In this document: positions 15,010 through 26,938 of the stretch, one piece after another | Layout of the letters: every line of letters starts with the position of its first letter | Numbering within the stretch: position 1 is the first letter of the stretch | NCBI GenBank assembly: GCA_043228905.1 | Contig: JBHGNT010000011.1 | Coordinates: forward strand, 22,010,001-22,074,000 | Length of the DNA: 64,000 nucleotides | Source of the DNA: Azolla caroliniana | Taxonomy: Eukaryota > Plantae > Polypodiophyta | Direction: 5' to 3' | Notes under the pieces: model-generated | Told to the model about the DNA's origin: nothing | Database searches by the model: none | What the model saw: only the letters and a program-made list of their open reading frames with translations | Program-made: the position numbers and the translations under genes

Positions 15010-17188
15010 ATTCTTCTCACAGAAGAAGAAGAAGAAGAAGAAGAAGCGAAACAAGAACAAAGGAAACCCGGACCTAAATTAAAGCCGTCTTCTTTTAACC
15101 ATATTCGTGGGAGGAAGGAGGGGGATCCCTGTAAAATATGATTAGGATTCAGAAGGAATAAGAAACAAAAAGAACAGGTTGAATGGAAGTGACGGTAGAG
15201 AGGAAGAAGAAGAAGAAGAGATGAGGAATAGGAATCGGCGGCTGAAAAACGGTGAGAGGACAAAGAAGCTGTTGCCGGCAAAAAGGGAGGGGAGGTTAAT
15301 GTAACTGTTTTCCTGCTGTCTCATCGCCAAATTCCAATGGAGAAGGAAGGAAGGAAGACATATTATAACACATATATATGTACATATATGTATACATATA
15401 GTCTTGTATCTATCTGTAGAGGCTGCTACTTACTACTACTAGTCCACGGGAGGCCTCCCCCCTCCCCCCCCCCCATCTCTCTCCACACCTTTGAAGAAAA
15501 CTACGGACATGTCACCGCTTCATTTCTATTGCATTCATTCCATACCAAGTCCAAGTGAAGTTGTATCCGGCCGAACTCTACACATTCCATCAGTGAACCC
15601 TACGTGCACCTGACGTATCACTAGGCTTTTCCCTCATTCGGGCGATTCCCAACATTAGGAGCTTGGCTTCAAGCATTTGATCTCAAGTTATCGTGATCTT
15701 CAAGTGTGTTGTGTTGTGCTGGGTACAAGCTCGTCACCAAACATGCGCACCGATTTTGACCATATATCAGATTTTCTGGCTTGACCTCTCAACAATTCCA
15801 TCATATTTTTTATGTTGAAATTCAAACTACATTGAAGTGTCTTATTGTTTCATCGAGATTAAGTAAGGTTCTATAGACTATGACCTCCGTGTTTTGACTC
15901 ATGAAAGCATACGCATTTATTCATATTATGTATGCACTATTGCTAAGCTATGCAAATCATGTTGATCTAGGATGTGGGCACTTGTTACACATGCATCGAT
16001 AGGTTTTAGTTATCAATACCATCGTACTTCAACAACCATTAACAATACATACCCTCATGTACAAAGGCAAGATGAGCATTATTTTCATTGTTCAACCACC
16101 ACCATCAATATCTTCTATGATGTTCAAAGGCAAGATGTTTGCTCATTGATTCATGAACTTGGCTTCTTAAAACTCGATATAAATTTTATTCAAGTCCAAG
16201 ATTTTCCTTCTCAAAAAGGCTTTACAAATTGACTTTATTCATCAACGCAAATACCCTCTTGCGACTTGCTCGCCTTTTCAACTCACTAGTATATAAATAT
16301 GTATGTGCTTCTTCCCTCTTTTCTTGCCAAGCTTCTCACACTAGCCATTGTGCCAACTTGCCCTTAAGTTTAGAGCCACCAAATTACATGTTCAATTCTA
16401 TCTTTCTTATCAGAATGGAGTGTCAGCTCCATTTTAGTGTTGGCCTCATGCGCTCCTCTCAATGACAACCTTCTCAATTATGTGTGGCATTTTTGTAGAG
16501 TTGTTGCCCCTTTTATATGTGAAGTCTCATTCACACTTACACTTTACCTATGGCCCATTTCCCTCACATACATACATATAAACCCTAAACTTTTGGAGCA
16601 CCCCTATTGTTTAAAAAGACTCGACTAGCCCATAAATTTGATTGCATGGGTTGTTGGTTTGAACACTAGATTTTGAAGCCCTTCTCATGGGGGGCAATGA
16701 GTCGAGAAGTGTCTACTTTTTAAGAGGTCTATTTCTCTTTCGCGAAAAAACAACTAGATTTTATATGTGGGTTTGTGATTGGGGAACCAACCTAACCTCT
16801 CTTGGCGTTGAGAGCTTGAATTTGGACACCAAGAAAGGAAGCATGTTCTTGGCGTTGGGGGATGGGGATCTTTTTGTCAATTCGGAGAAAAAAGGGAAGG
16901 TGGCGTTAGAAAGAGTGGAAAAGCAAAGGAGACAAGGCTTCTTACATTAAAAAGCCAAAATTATAAAATAAAAAGCTGAGAAAGCAAACCAAAGCAAAAA
17001 AGCTTGTAAAAAGAGGGAACGACAAAACAAAACAAAAAGGAGAGGAGCCAAGCCCTCGGGACACACATCATCACACAATCGTTTTCATGTGAGCCGGCGG
17101 CAAGGCACATCATTTTAAGAAGCTTGGCTCCGTCCAATCTTTTACTGTATTTGTCGTAATAGCATTTTTATTCTTTGTTTGATCCCTG

Positions 17189-17227
<39 letters not shown>
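17189..17227 (+). repeat. (CT)n(CA)n compound microsatellite directly before the UGD start codon
   Basis: Seen directly in the sequence. Confidence 0.9.
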
Positions 17228-17228
17228 C

Positions 17229-18632
17229 ATGCATGTCAAGAAGATATGTTGCCTTGGTGCTGGCTATGTGGGTGGCCCAACAATGGCCATGATGGCCTTC
17301 AAATGCCCGGACATCATGGTCACCGTAGTGGACATAGACGATGCCCGAATCCGAGCCTGGAATAGCGCTTCGTTGCCCATATTTGAGCCGGGCCTCTCGG
17401 ACATTGTCAAGGCATGCCGAGGCCGGAACCTCGTGTTTAGCTCCGATGTCGAGCGCCACGTGTCGGAAGCTGATATGATATTCGTGTCGGTGAATACCCC
17501 TACCAAGAACACGGGGCTCGGGGCCGGGAAAGCGGCCGACCTCACGTATTGGGAGTCGGCCGCCCGCATGATTGCCGACGTGTCCACCTCGGATAAGATC
17601 GTGGTCGAGAAATCGACTGTCCCCGTGAGAACTGCGGAAGCCATCGAGAAGATCGTAGGCCATAATAACAACAGTGGGGTGAGGTTCCAGATCTTGTCCA
17701 ACCCTGAATTCCTGGCAGAGGGCACCGCCATTGCCGACCTCGAGCACCCCGACCGAGTGTTGATCGGAGGCCGGCAATCACCGGAAGGCCAGACTGCTGT
17801 GAAGGCCCTCAAAGAGGTGTATGCACGATGGGTCCCCGAGGACCGAATCATTACCACTAATCTATGGTCTGCTGAGATCTCCAAGCTGGCCGCCAATGCC
17901 TTCCTTGCCCAGAGGATCTCCTCCATCAATGCGCTTTCCGCGCTATGTGAAGCCACTGGAGCCGACGTCTCAGAAGTGGGCTACTCTGTGGGCAAGGACT
18001 CGAGGATCGGGCCCAAGTTCCTTAACCCAAGTGTCGGGTTCGGTGGCTCCTGCTTCCAGAAAGACATCCTCAACTTGGTCTACATTTGTGAGTGCAACGG
18101 CCTCCCCGAAGTGGCCGACTATTGGAGGCAAGTGATTGTTATCAATGACCACCAGAAAGCGAGGTTTGTCAAACGGATAGTGTCTTCCATGTTCAATACC
18201 GTCTCGGGTAAGAAGATTGCCGTGCTCGGGTTTGCTTTCAAGAAAGACACGGGGGACACTAGAGAAACTCCAGCCATCCATGTCTGTGACGGGCTTCTTG
18301 TGGATAAAGCCCATATTAGCATATACGATCCCCAAGTGTGCGAGGAGCAAATCAAGAAAGACCTAGGCCTGAGTCCATATCCTCTAGCAAGGAGGGTCAC
18401 CATTGCACGAGATGTCTACGAGGCCACAAAGGGTGCCCATGGTATTTGTATACTCACAGAGTGGGATGAATTCAAACACTTGGATTACGAGAAGATATAT
18501 GATAATATGGTCAAGCCCGCTTTTATCTTTGATGGAAGGAATATTGCCAATGTCACGAAACTACGCAACATCGGGTTCATTGTTTACTCGATTGGGAAAC
18601 CATTAGACCCTTGGCTTAGAGACTTGAAATGA
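17229..18632 (+). CDS. UGD: UDP-glucose 6-dehydrogenase, 467 aa, intronless CDS
   Basis: Rossmann [44 protein letters not shown], catalytic Cys in [10 protein letters not shown], and [15 protein letters not shown]. The ATG is at 17229. Confidence 0.97.
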   Translation: MHVKKICCLGAGYVGGPTMAMMAFKCPDIMVTVVDIDDARIRAWNSASLPIFEPGLSDIVKACRGRNLVFSSDVERHVSEADMIFVSVNTPTKNTGLGAGKAADLTYWESAARMIADVSTSDKIVVEKSTVPVRTAEAIEKIVGHNNNSGVRFQILSNPEFLAEGTAIADLEHPDRVLIGGRQSPEGQTAVKALKEVYARWVPEDRIITTNLWSAEISKLAANAFLAQRISSINALSALCEATGADVSEVGYSVGKDSRIGPKFLNPSVGFGGSCFQKDILNLVYICECNGLPEVADYWRQVIVINDHQKARFVKRIVSSMFNTVSGKKIAVLGFAFKKDTGDTRETPAIHVCDGLLVDKAHISIYDPQVCEEQIKKDLGLSPYPLARRVTIARDVYEATKGAHGICILTEWDEFKHLDYEKIYDNMVKPAFIFDGRNIANVTKLRNIGFIVYSIGKPLDPWLRDLK

Positions 18633-19274
18633 GATCAAGAAGAGGTAACAAAACCTACCATTTTTAGTTATAATTAGGATGTAGTGATCATTGTTGAAAA
18701 CAAATTTTTATTTCTCATACGGCTTAAGAAGAGTCAACCATCTTGTTCAAACTTCGTTACATTACATCCTTTACTAATTTTGTTGTTATGAGAGTAGAGT
18801 CTTGCAACCTCCAAGTCGAGAGTGTTGTTTAACATTTCAAATGTTAACTTATCAATAGCACTTTAATAACTAATTACTTGTACTCAAGTTGTAGTATCAT
18901 TGAGGTACAAAACTATTGTTAATTTTAATAGAATTCTAATTCTTATAGAAAACTGTCTTGTTATGGTAAAGAGGTCCATTTATGTGCTTCGCATACTTAC
19001 ATCACTTTTTCTACATCTGAGGCATGTATATGTGTATGCATTCTTTGTTCTCTATCTAAATTGTTCATGGTGGTTTTAGTTTGTCAAATGTGCTTCCTTA
19101 GTGCCCACTATTTTACTTGATGGAGGACAAAAAAAACTTCCCCATCTTACAATGAACTCAAAATTGGGATGCTGTTCTTGTCATAGTGCTGCTTAGAATT
19201 GGAAAATACATATTTTGCAATGGGCTTGTGATAAATTTGGAAGCCTTTCTACATCAATTCATATAAATTGTCCC

Positions 19275-19410
19275 ATGCTGTAAAACATCATGGTTAATTT
19301 GCGCTATGTCCAAGCTCCACACCCATGATTAACTCTGGAAGCCATTCTCTGATGTTGTAAAGCATCATGGTTAACTTGCGCTGTCCAAGATCTCCACCCA
19401 TGGCTAACTT
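19275..19410. repeat. Tandem duplication, ~77-bp period, 2 copies
   Basis: atg(c/t)tgtaaa.catcatggttaa.ttgcgct..tccaag..c.acccatg..taact appears twice. Confidence 0.65.
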
Positions 19411-20161
19411 TAAGGTCATGTCTCCCAAATAAGCACCCATTCTAATATGCAGAACTACCTTCTGGTTACAACACTTCGGCTATTTTTGGGATAATGAAGT
19501 TTTAACCCTGTGAAGTTAACTATAACTCATGTAATAAATAATGTAGTTTTTTCTCATTGATGTTGTCTTCATATTGAGGTACAGATTTTTCAGGTCTCCT
19601 CATCAAACGAGTAAAAAATAGTAGACTGTGGGTAGTCGATTTTGTACCATCAAAGATACAAATTTACTTTATATGTACAAATGTACATGCTGAAAGACCT
19701 CCAACTATTTAACACTACATCATTGCAGCAACAGTAGTCGTCATACAGAAAGACCTCAAAATACAAATTCACTGATTCATGAAAACAAAAACCATTTCCT
19801 TGAAAAAGCAAAATATGTTACTGAAATTAGAAGAAATATATAGTGGAAATAAATCTGCCAGATATGTGGCTTTGCTCAAGGCTTGAGCCAACATGCCAGA
19901 GACAACAATGTTCTTTGTAACCATTCAAGAGCCCTAGTAATAATATACAGAAAAAACAATATCTCCTTAAAACCCAAGCTCCCCAAGGGTCCAAAAAACA
20001 ACCTGCACAAGGAAATAGAAAATTTCATTTTCCTTAAAATAACCATTGTCCAGTTGTACTTCTGTCATCTGCCAAATAACAGTTTGCTTGCATTTACAAC
20101 ACCAAGTGGAGCTCTTCTGCGCCTCACATGACCAAACTAACTCCGGTTCAGTAAGGAATTA

Positions 20162-20218
20162 TTAGACCTTGCTTCCCACAAAAGGCTGTTGTAACCAAGT
20201 AAGGAGCATTAGTAGTTA

Positions 20219-20274
<56 letters not shown>

Positions 20275-23200
20275 CCTAGAGTCTAACGTATCACACTTTG
20301 ATACAATGCTCTACCTTCAAGTTTTCTTCCCAAACATTGTCAATCCAGTTCACTACCAACACACATTCCTCTCACAGATACAATGCAAGATCTCAATTGC
20401 AAAGTTCAATAAAAAAGAGCCACTCTCAATTCCATACATACCCTAAAAATGCTTCTCTTTTGGTTCCAAAGGTCATCTTTGAAATTCTCCCTCACTCTCC
20501 CCTCTCAGCGGAGCCACTATTCAACTCCACACATAGTACATGAAAATCTTTCCCCTTTGGATCCAGCGGCCCTCCAAGGAAGACTAAGAAAATGAGATGA
20601 GTCACAAGAGGTTATCCCTCTCCCCAATACAGGTGCCGTATAACACATTTTCTGGGTCCCATTGGTCACATTTAAAGCCTCCAGAGGACTCTCTCTATCT
20701 GGCTACACCTAGTAGTAAACCATATTTTTATTCATGTTGACTCTTGATTAAATCCTACCAATTTTACTAGATCACCATGCAGAATGTAAGAGTGAAACAA
20801 ATGATCTGGTCTTGGCCGCAGCCATTCCCTCTCTAGATTTCACCTAGCTATACCTACATGCATATCCTATCGGTCATGTTTCTTGCGAACCGATGCCATT
20901 AAAATATCATCTATCTGGCAAGTGGTAAACCATATTTTTATTAGCACGTCAACCCACGACCAAGTAATACTAATTCAGAACTTACTACTGGAAATCATGG
21001 CTTTCTGATCTCAGCAGCACCCACCTCTTTGGATACCATGCCATCTTCACCATTTCTTATCCCATACATGTTAGTTATCATTATGATGGAGCTTGAGAAA
21101 ACCTAAAGCATTTATTTTGTGCTGTATGAATGACTTGAATTCACCTATGTTTGTAATTATGATTTTGACCTTTCTTTCTTTTCTAGAGTCATATATACAT
21201 ATAGTCATTCTTTACTCAGTGTACATATCTATGACTATATACATATATACAGTCATTCTCTGTCCAGATTTTATGCTGTATCTCTATAATGTTTACATGC
21301 AAAAACCTTACCAACTAAACCACATCTCATCTCCCACTTTCTTTTGGTCTCTCTCTAGAGTCTACCTATATGCACACAAATAGAAACCCTACATTAACAT
21401 AAAGTAATTGGTTTTTATCATCCTCAAATATGGTTACACTACCTTAGCTCCTCGAGGTGGAGTACCACGGGCTAAGCCTGAAGGATTATAATTTGTTTTT
21501 GGCTTTTTATCTGCTGGTTTTAAAATCTGGAATGAGCACATGAGGGAATCATCCACACTCATCATAGCACCAGAATTATCAAATTCCCCACAGTAATTTG
21601 GTGCCGAGAAGATTGTTACCAGATGCCTCTCAGCAAAGAACTCATAACCTTCCTCGACAACCTGGAAATTTTAAACCAAAGAAGATCATTGGCACATACA
21701 TATATGCATGTGTGCATGGATGCATACACTTCAACATAAAATAACACGAAACAACTTCATGATTCATCAGGGAGCTTTGCACCTGATGGGCCCGACAGAT
21801 TAGGTCTAGATCATGCTTTTCCAGGAACTCCTTTACTTTATCTGCTCCAAACGTGAAAGAGACCCCTCTATCATTCTCACCCCAGCCTACAATTGCTTTA
21901 TCTGGGTCAGCCCATAGTAAATCACATAAAAGACCTTGATCAGGAACGTCCGTAGGTCGTGGAATATTTCTTATTTGATCCAAATTAATCAAATCAGGAG
22001 ACAGTCCACCATGCATGCACAGTATCTTCTCATCTATGAGAGCAGCCACAGGTAGACAATTGAAGCATTCAGTAAATGCCTTCCATAACCTTACATTAAA
22101 GCGTCTCTTGCATTCATCATAGAAACCATAGATTCGATTGATAGATGCACATTCATGATTGCCCCTTAGTAGGAAAAAATTTTCTGGATATTTTATCTTA
22201 TATGCAAGGAGGAGACATATTGTTTCAAGGCTTTGTTTGCCTCGATCTACATAGTCTCCCAGAAAAAGGTAATTTGCTTGTGGAGGGAGGCCACCATATT
22301 CGAATAGCCTCAACAGATCAGAATATTGGCCATGAATGTCACCTATAAATTTCAAATAAGAATCAGAAATCCAGAAAGAAAGTCTATTACTTTAATATAA
22401 CATGAATTCATTGCATTACGCTGTTAACTCAGGAATATAAAAATGTTATAAAGCCTGTTGAAATTATATACACCTGTAGGTAGCACAGATACAACCAAAA
22501 AAATGCAAGGACAGAAATGCAAAGTTTATATAAGAGTCAATTCAAATCACATTGAGGATATCAAATTAATACTGTTTGTTGTCATCATTTCTAATCTCCT
22601 GCCGCAAATTTCTCTTTTGTTATATTTTTAAGAAAACTTTCAACACTATCTAGTCAAATCATTAGTGTTCAAAAGGCAGCTATTTCTCATGAGTTTCTAA
22701 GAAATTGTGATTCAATAATAAACAAGTTCAAATATAATAGAGATACATTTCTACAATTTCAATTTTATTCATTAAAGAAACAGGTATTTGATGCAGTCAT
22801 ACGAAGAAGATAGTTAGAGCGAATAAAAACAATAAGAATGAAGAGGAAATTCAAACAAATTGCACGGAAAGTGATTCTGAATATATTGAAATTTGAAATT
22901 TATATCTTGACTCTACACACAATCAAGCATCATGGAAAACTTAGTTAAGATCCAAGAAAGATTTGTCTGCAGATTGTGCAAAGGTCACTATGTATTAGCA
23001 ATGAGTCATCACCTTGGATGTTTTGAAAGATTTGGTCTACATATATAACATACATATGATATATACCCACATTCTATGCATGTGATGCATAATATATTAA
23101 TTCTGTAAGTTATAATAGTAATGGTTATATAATAATTTGTCATGTATAATCAAAGTTACCATATTGTTGGAAGTAAACTCCTATAGAGAAGTTCAACAGC

Positions 23201-25926
23201 GATGGCTGATATTTCCTGTATGTAGGAACCAGATTTCCTATATAGGTGTACATGAGAAAATAAAGGCCCCCTTTTAATATTGCAATCACGACCCTTCATA
23301 TGCACAGCTGTACGAACAATGTTCCCTTGTCAGCATAACTGTCGGTCTTAATCAAGCTCCCCTTATCCCTGAGACCTTCTTAACTTGCCTTAAATAATGT
23401 TATAAGCCCAGCTACCAGGATTATATTTATGGAAACCCAAGAAAAAACGATTTTCTTTGTAATGCTATACAAGCAAGAATCTCCCAGAAAAAAATAATAT
23501 ATAAAACAACAAGAATTAGAGATGAATACATATTTCAGAAAAGAGATAAAAGGAAGACTGAAAACTGAGTCCACAAAAAAAACACAATTACCTGTGTAAT
23601 TAGTATTTTATATATATACACTTTTATATCCCCTTCTTGAACACACATGTGTGCACAAAAAAATAATAGTAATAAATAACAATTAAAATGTCACTAGGGA
23701 AGGCCCAATGGAGTGGCTTATTTAACTTTAGGCCCACCCTGGACACCTAGAGAATTCATATCAAGCAATGTATATAAAATGCTCAACAAGAAATGCTGCT
23801 TTCTAGCTATATTTACAATGGATGTTTGCAAGATTTTGAGATACACAAAACTAGAAGTATCGAAGCATTTAGTGAAATGAATCACAAAATGTTGTTAAAG
23901 TTCACGCAGGATAGAACCTGCCCAATCAGAATGAGCACACATACAAAATGGAAGCAACAGTTATTATAGTATGATAGCGCTGCATTGCATACTTCCTCTC
24001 TAAGCTCTTTCAACTTCTTGAAACTTCCACCCATTCTTCAATCAGCAAGCTTGATCCAATAACAGGGTCTGTTTCCCACTTCCAGCATCTAGGTCACATT
24101 TCGGATTATCCAAATACTCTCTTGTTCAGACTTCATTATCTTCTTTCACCTAGGGTCTTTTGTTTTTTCATGGACCAGTAAGTTCCTTGTGAATTTCAAG
24201 GATATCAATCATCATGAAAGGTTGACAATTTGATCCGTTGCACACTTCCTCTCTAATCTCCTTGACCTTGTAGAACTTTCCACACAATCTTCAATCAGCG
24301 AGCTTTATCCAATGTCGGTTCTTTCTTGACTTGAATCAAGGTTTTCAACATTTACAATATCCTCAACCTGACTAAAGATTCCAGCTTTTTCTCTTCAAGT
24401 CTGGTTGAGGATGCAGGCCAGTGTTAGTCACCTCAATCAAGTAGAAATTGGGAATTCCGCTCCTTTCAGCATACACATGGTCACTCCACAATGGGCAGAT
24501 TCCAACATTCTGCTTTAAAGCATAAGATTACCAACCCTGACAGCTAACACACCTAATGCCTCATGAACTACCCACTCCCGTTGACTACAATCAAAGAGGT
24601 GTGTTGGCACTTGTTCACACCAACCAAAGCAAGAAAATATACATCTTTCTGAAAACAGAAGCGAGATTATAGCAGGCTTCTTCTTCTCTTTTCAAGATTC
24701 TCAAATAAGAATCCCTCTTAATGCTCTCTCAATTTCAGACATTGCAATGCAGAAAATTTGGCCTTCTCGGTGAAGGCCAATTTGCAAAGTCACTGATGTT
24801 TTCTCAATAAATGTTACCTTCAATTATAGTTGGCCATGTTATCTATATGTATAAACTCCAAGATAATGAAACTATACTTCTGAGATATCACACACTTGTA
24901 AAATTTGTTGTAATTGTCGTTTAATGAGAAATCAAAAGACAAATGACACACCTCATTATTCAAATATTTTCACTACTATTTCCTTTCCATGCATAACATA
25001 ATAGGAAATTATGAGCAGATTTAATTCAGTAGAAAATATATATTTTTTCTTCGAATTTCACTCCATTTCTAGTTTGAAATTTTCACCGCCCTTTAAATGA
25101 ACGAAAAAAACTTATTTTGTGGAAATCATAAATATCTTTATCCGGTTTCATTCCCTTTAGAAATATTACAATCAGCAAGCTGATATGTCTTTTCTGAAAA
25201 ACGAACATATCAGGATTTCACAGTCAACCTCTAAGTCTCAACTCAGTCAGAATATTGGTATACATTGGCCATTTATAAGTAGAGCTTTGCAACAAACCAA
25301 TTTGAACAAATGGAACTTATTTGAGGTCGTCTTAAATTTTATTTTAAATGATACACAAATACAAAAGATCGACCAAGGTATACTTTTAATGGGCATCATC
25401 CCCAGCCACCAAAACCATCATACATATGCTTCTATCAAACTGACATCAATACAAAAACTCAAAAGAACTAGAAACCTTTTTTCTTGTAGGGAACCCCACT
25501 GACAAGAAATAGCATGCTTATATCAAATGATAGGGAGTAAAATCCTTTCATCAAAATGATTGGAAACCGCAAACCCAAAATGATAGAAAATAGCAAGCTT
25601 CTCCCAAATCACATGAACCAACATATTTTTTATCAAATGGCATTACATAGCATGCGTTCATTAAATTGGAATGAAATAACAGGAATTTATCAAACTGATA
25701 TGAAATTTACATCAAGAGGGAGACAGGAACATTAATAGAAGGCCATACCACAGATCTTGATGGGCGCTTCTAGCTCGAGGAGGTTAGGCTGCTGCATGAA
25801 TATGTGCTTGGCCGTGGAGCAAAGCTGACGGATCTCGTTCTCTGAAAGTTGGACCTGTTTGCCCGGGCGTGATTTCCGAACCTCCAGGAGACGGTTGATG
25901 ATGTCCTCAATCACGGTGGGGTCCAT
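20162..25926 (-). CDS. PP1: Serine/threonine protein phosphatase 1 catalytic subunit (TOPP), ~326 aa. Exons 25926-25749, 22342-21783, 21661-21443, 20185-20162.
   Basis: GDIHGQ, GDYVDRG, RGNHE, HGG, RAHQ and SAPNYCGEF motifs with GT-AG introns. The 24-nt terminal exon (PFVGSKV*) is inferred from an in-phase CAG acceptor. Confidence 0.95.
20221..20272. repeat. (CT)n microsatellite in PP1 intron 3
   Basis: Seen directly in the sequence. Confidence 0.9.
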
Positions 25927-25928
25927 GG

Positions 25929-25932
<4 letters not shown>

Positions 25933-26002
<70 letters not shown>
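25933..26002. repeat. Long (GA)n tract immediately 5' of the PP1 ATG; a second tract lies at 26309-26342
   Basis: About 35 CT/GA units. Confidence 0.9.
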
Positions 26003-26006
<4 letters not shown>

Positions 26007-26305
26007 CTGTATCTCAAGGGATAGGGTTCCTGCGTATCTCTCTGTGTGTCGAGAATTAGGGCGAGGTTCTGGAAAATCTCTATACCTGTGCGCGTCAAGG
26101 ATTAGGGTCAGGGTTGGTATTTCTCTCCCTGTCTCTCGGGGATTAGGGCTAGGTTACCCTCCTTCTCTCTGCGCAAGAATTAGGGAAAGGGTCTGCGATG
26201 CGAGATGAGGGGGAGGAAGATTATGGAATCTGAAGTCTCTTGTGCAGAGAGGCAGCGTGGAATTCTTCTGTATAGTTGACGTTAGGGTTTCTGAGGCTAT
26301 CGCTA

Positions 26306-26346
<41 letters not shown>

Positions 26347-26494
26347 CTCGCTCTGAGTTGTAGTAGTAACGAAAGATAGACGAAAAGGTTGGACGTATGG
26401 ACATATATGTACATACATACATGATACATACATACATACATAGTGGCAATCCTTTGAGCGAAGAAGAGGAGCGGAGGCCTCTAGGGGGTCCCAA

Positions 26495-26566
26495 ATGTAT
26501 GCGAGGTGAAAGATATTCCATGGAGCATGAGGACGTTCCATGGAATATTTTTCACCTTGCATACAT
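26495..26566. repeat. Near-perfect inverted repeat (34-bp arms, 4-nt loop)
   Basis: atgtatgcgaggtgaaagatattccatggagcat pairs with acgttccatggaatatttttcaccttgcatacat, with 4 non-Watson-Crick positions. Confidence 0.85.
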
Positions 26567-26938
26567 CTCTCTCTTAGCTTGTCGGGTCAATTGTGGAATT
26601 CAATTATCGCAATGCTCTTCTTACCTAACATGGCTGAGGCAACTTACATTCTATGAACCGTGATTGTCATGTGCATGCGAAAGAATGGATGGAGTGTGTG
26701 AGAGTGAGGCAATCAAGTATGTTGTTAATTGATGGTATGATTATATCTCTCTTAGCTCATTGGATCAATTGTGGAATTCAGTTGTCGCAATGCTCTTTTG
26801 ACCTGTCATGGCTGATGCAACTTACATTGCATGAACTGTGATTGCCATGTGCATGTGGAAGAATGGATGGAGTGTGTAAGAGTTAGGCAATCAAGTGTAT
26901 TGTTAATTGATGGTATGTTTATATCTCTCTTAGCTTGA
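26563..26938. repeat. ~180-bp tandem repeat, two copies plus a partial third
   Basis: tatctctcttagct...tcaattgtggaattca...gaatggatggagtgtgt...tgttaattgatggtatg starts at ~26563, ~26742 and ~26921. Confidence 0.85.

Noticed and set aside
17142-18403. Long antisense and overlapping ORFs over UGD (also over FtsH, Hsp70 and the Copia ORFs)
   Set aside because: Shadow ORFs are expected opposite GC-rich coding sequence, and none has a recognisable domain.
17229-18632. UGD or Hsp70 as retrocopies because they are intronless
   Set aside because: There is no poly(A) tail or TSD, and intronless coding regions are usual for these plant genes.
26481-26566. Helitron 3' end (hairpin followed by CTAG on the minus strand)
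   Set aside because: The hairpin is much longer and more AT-rich than typical, the base after CTAG is A rather than T, and no 5' TC end was found. Not supported enough to call.
25859-26663. ERERER/SLSLSL ORFs
   Set aside because: These are microsatellite translations.
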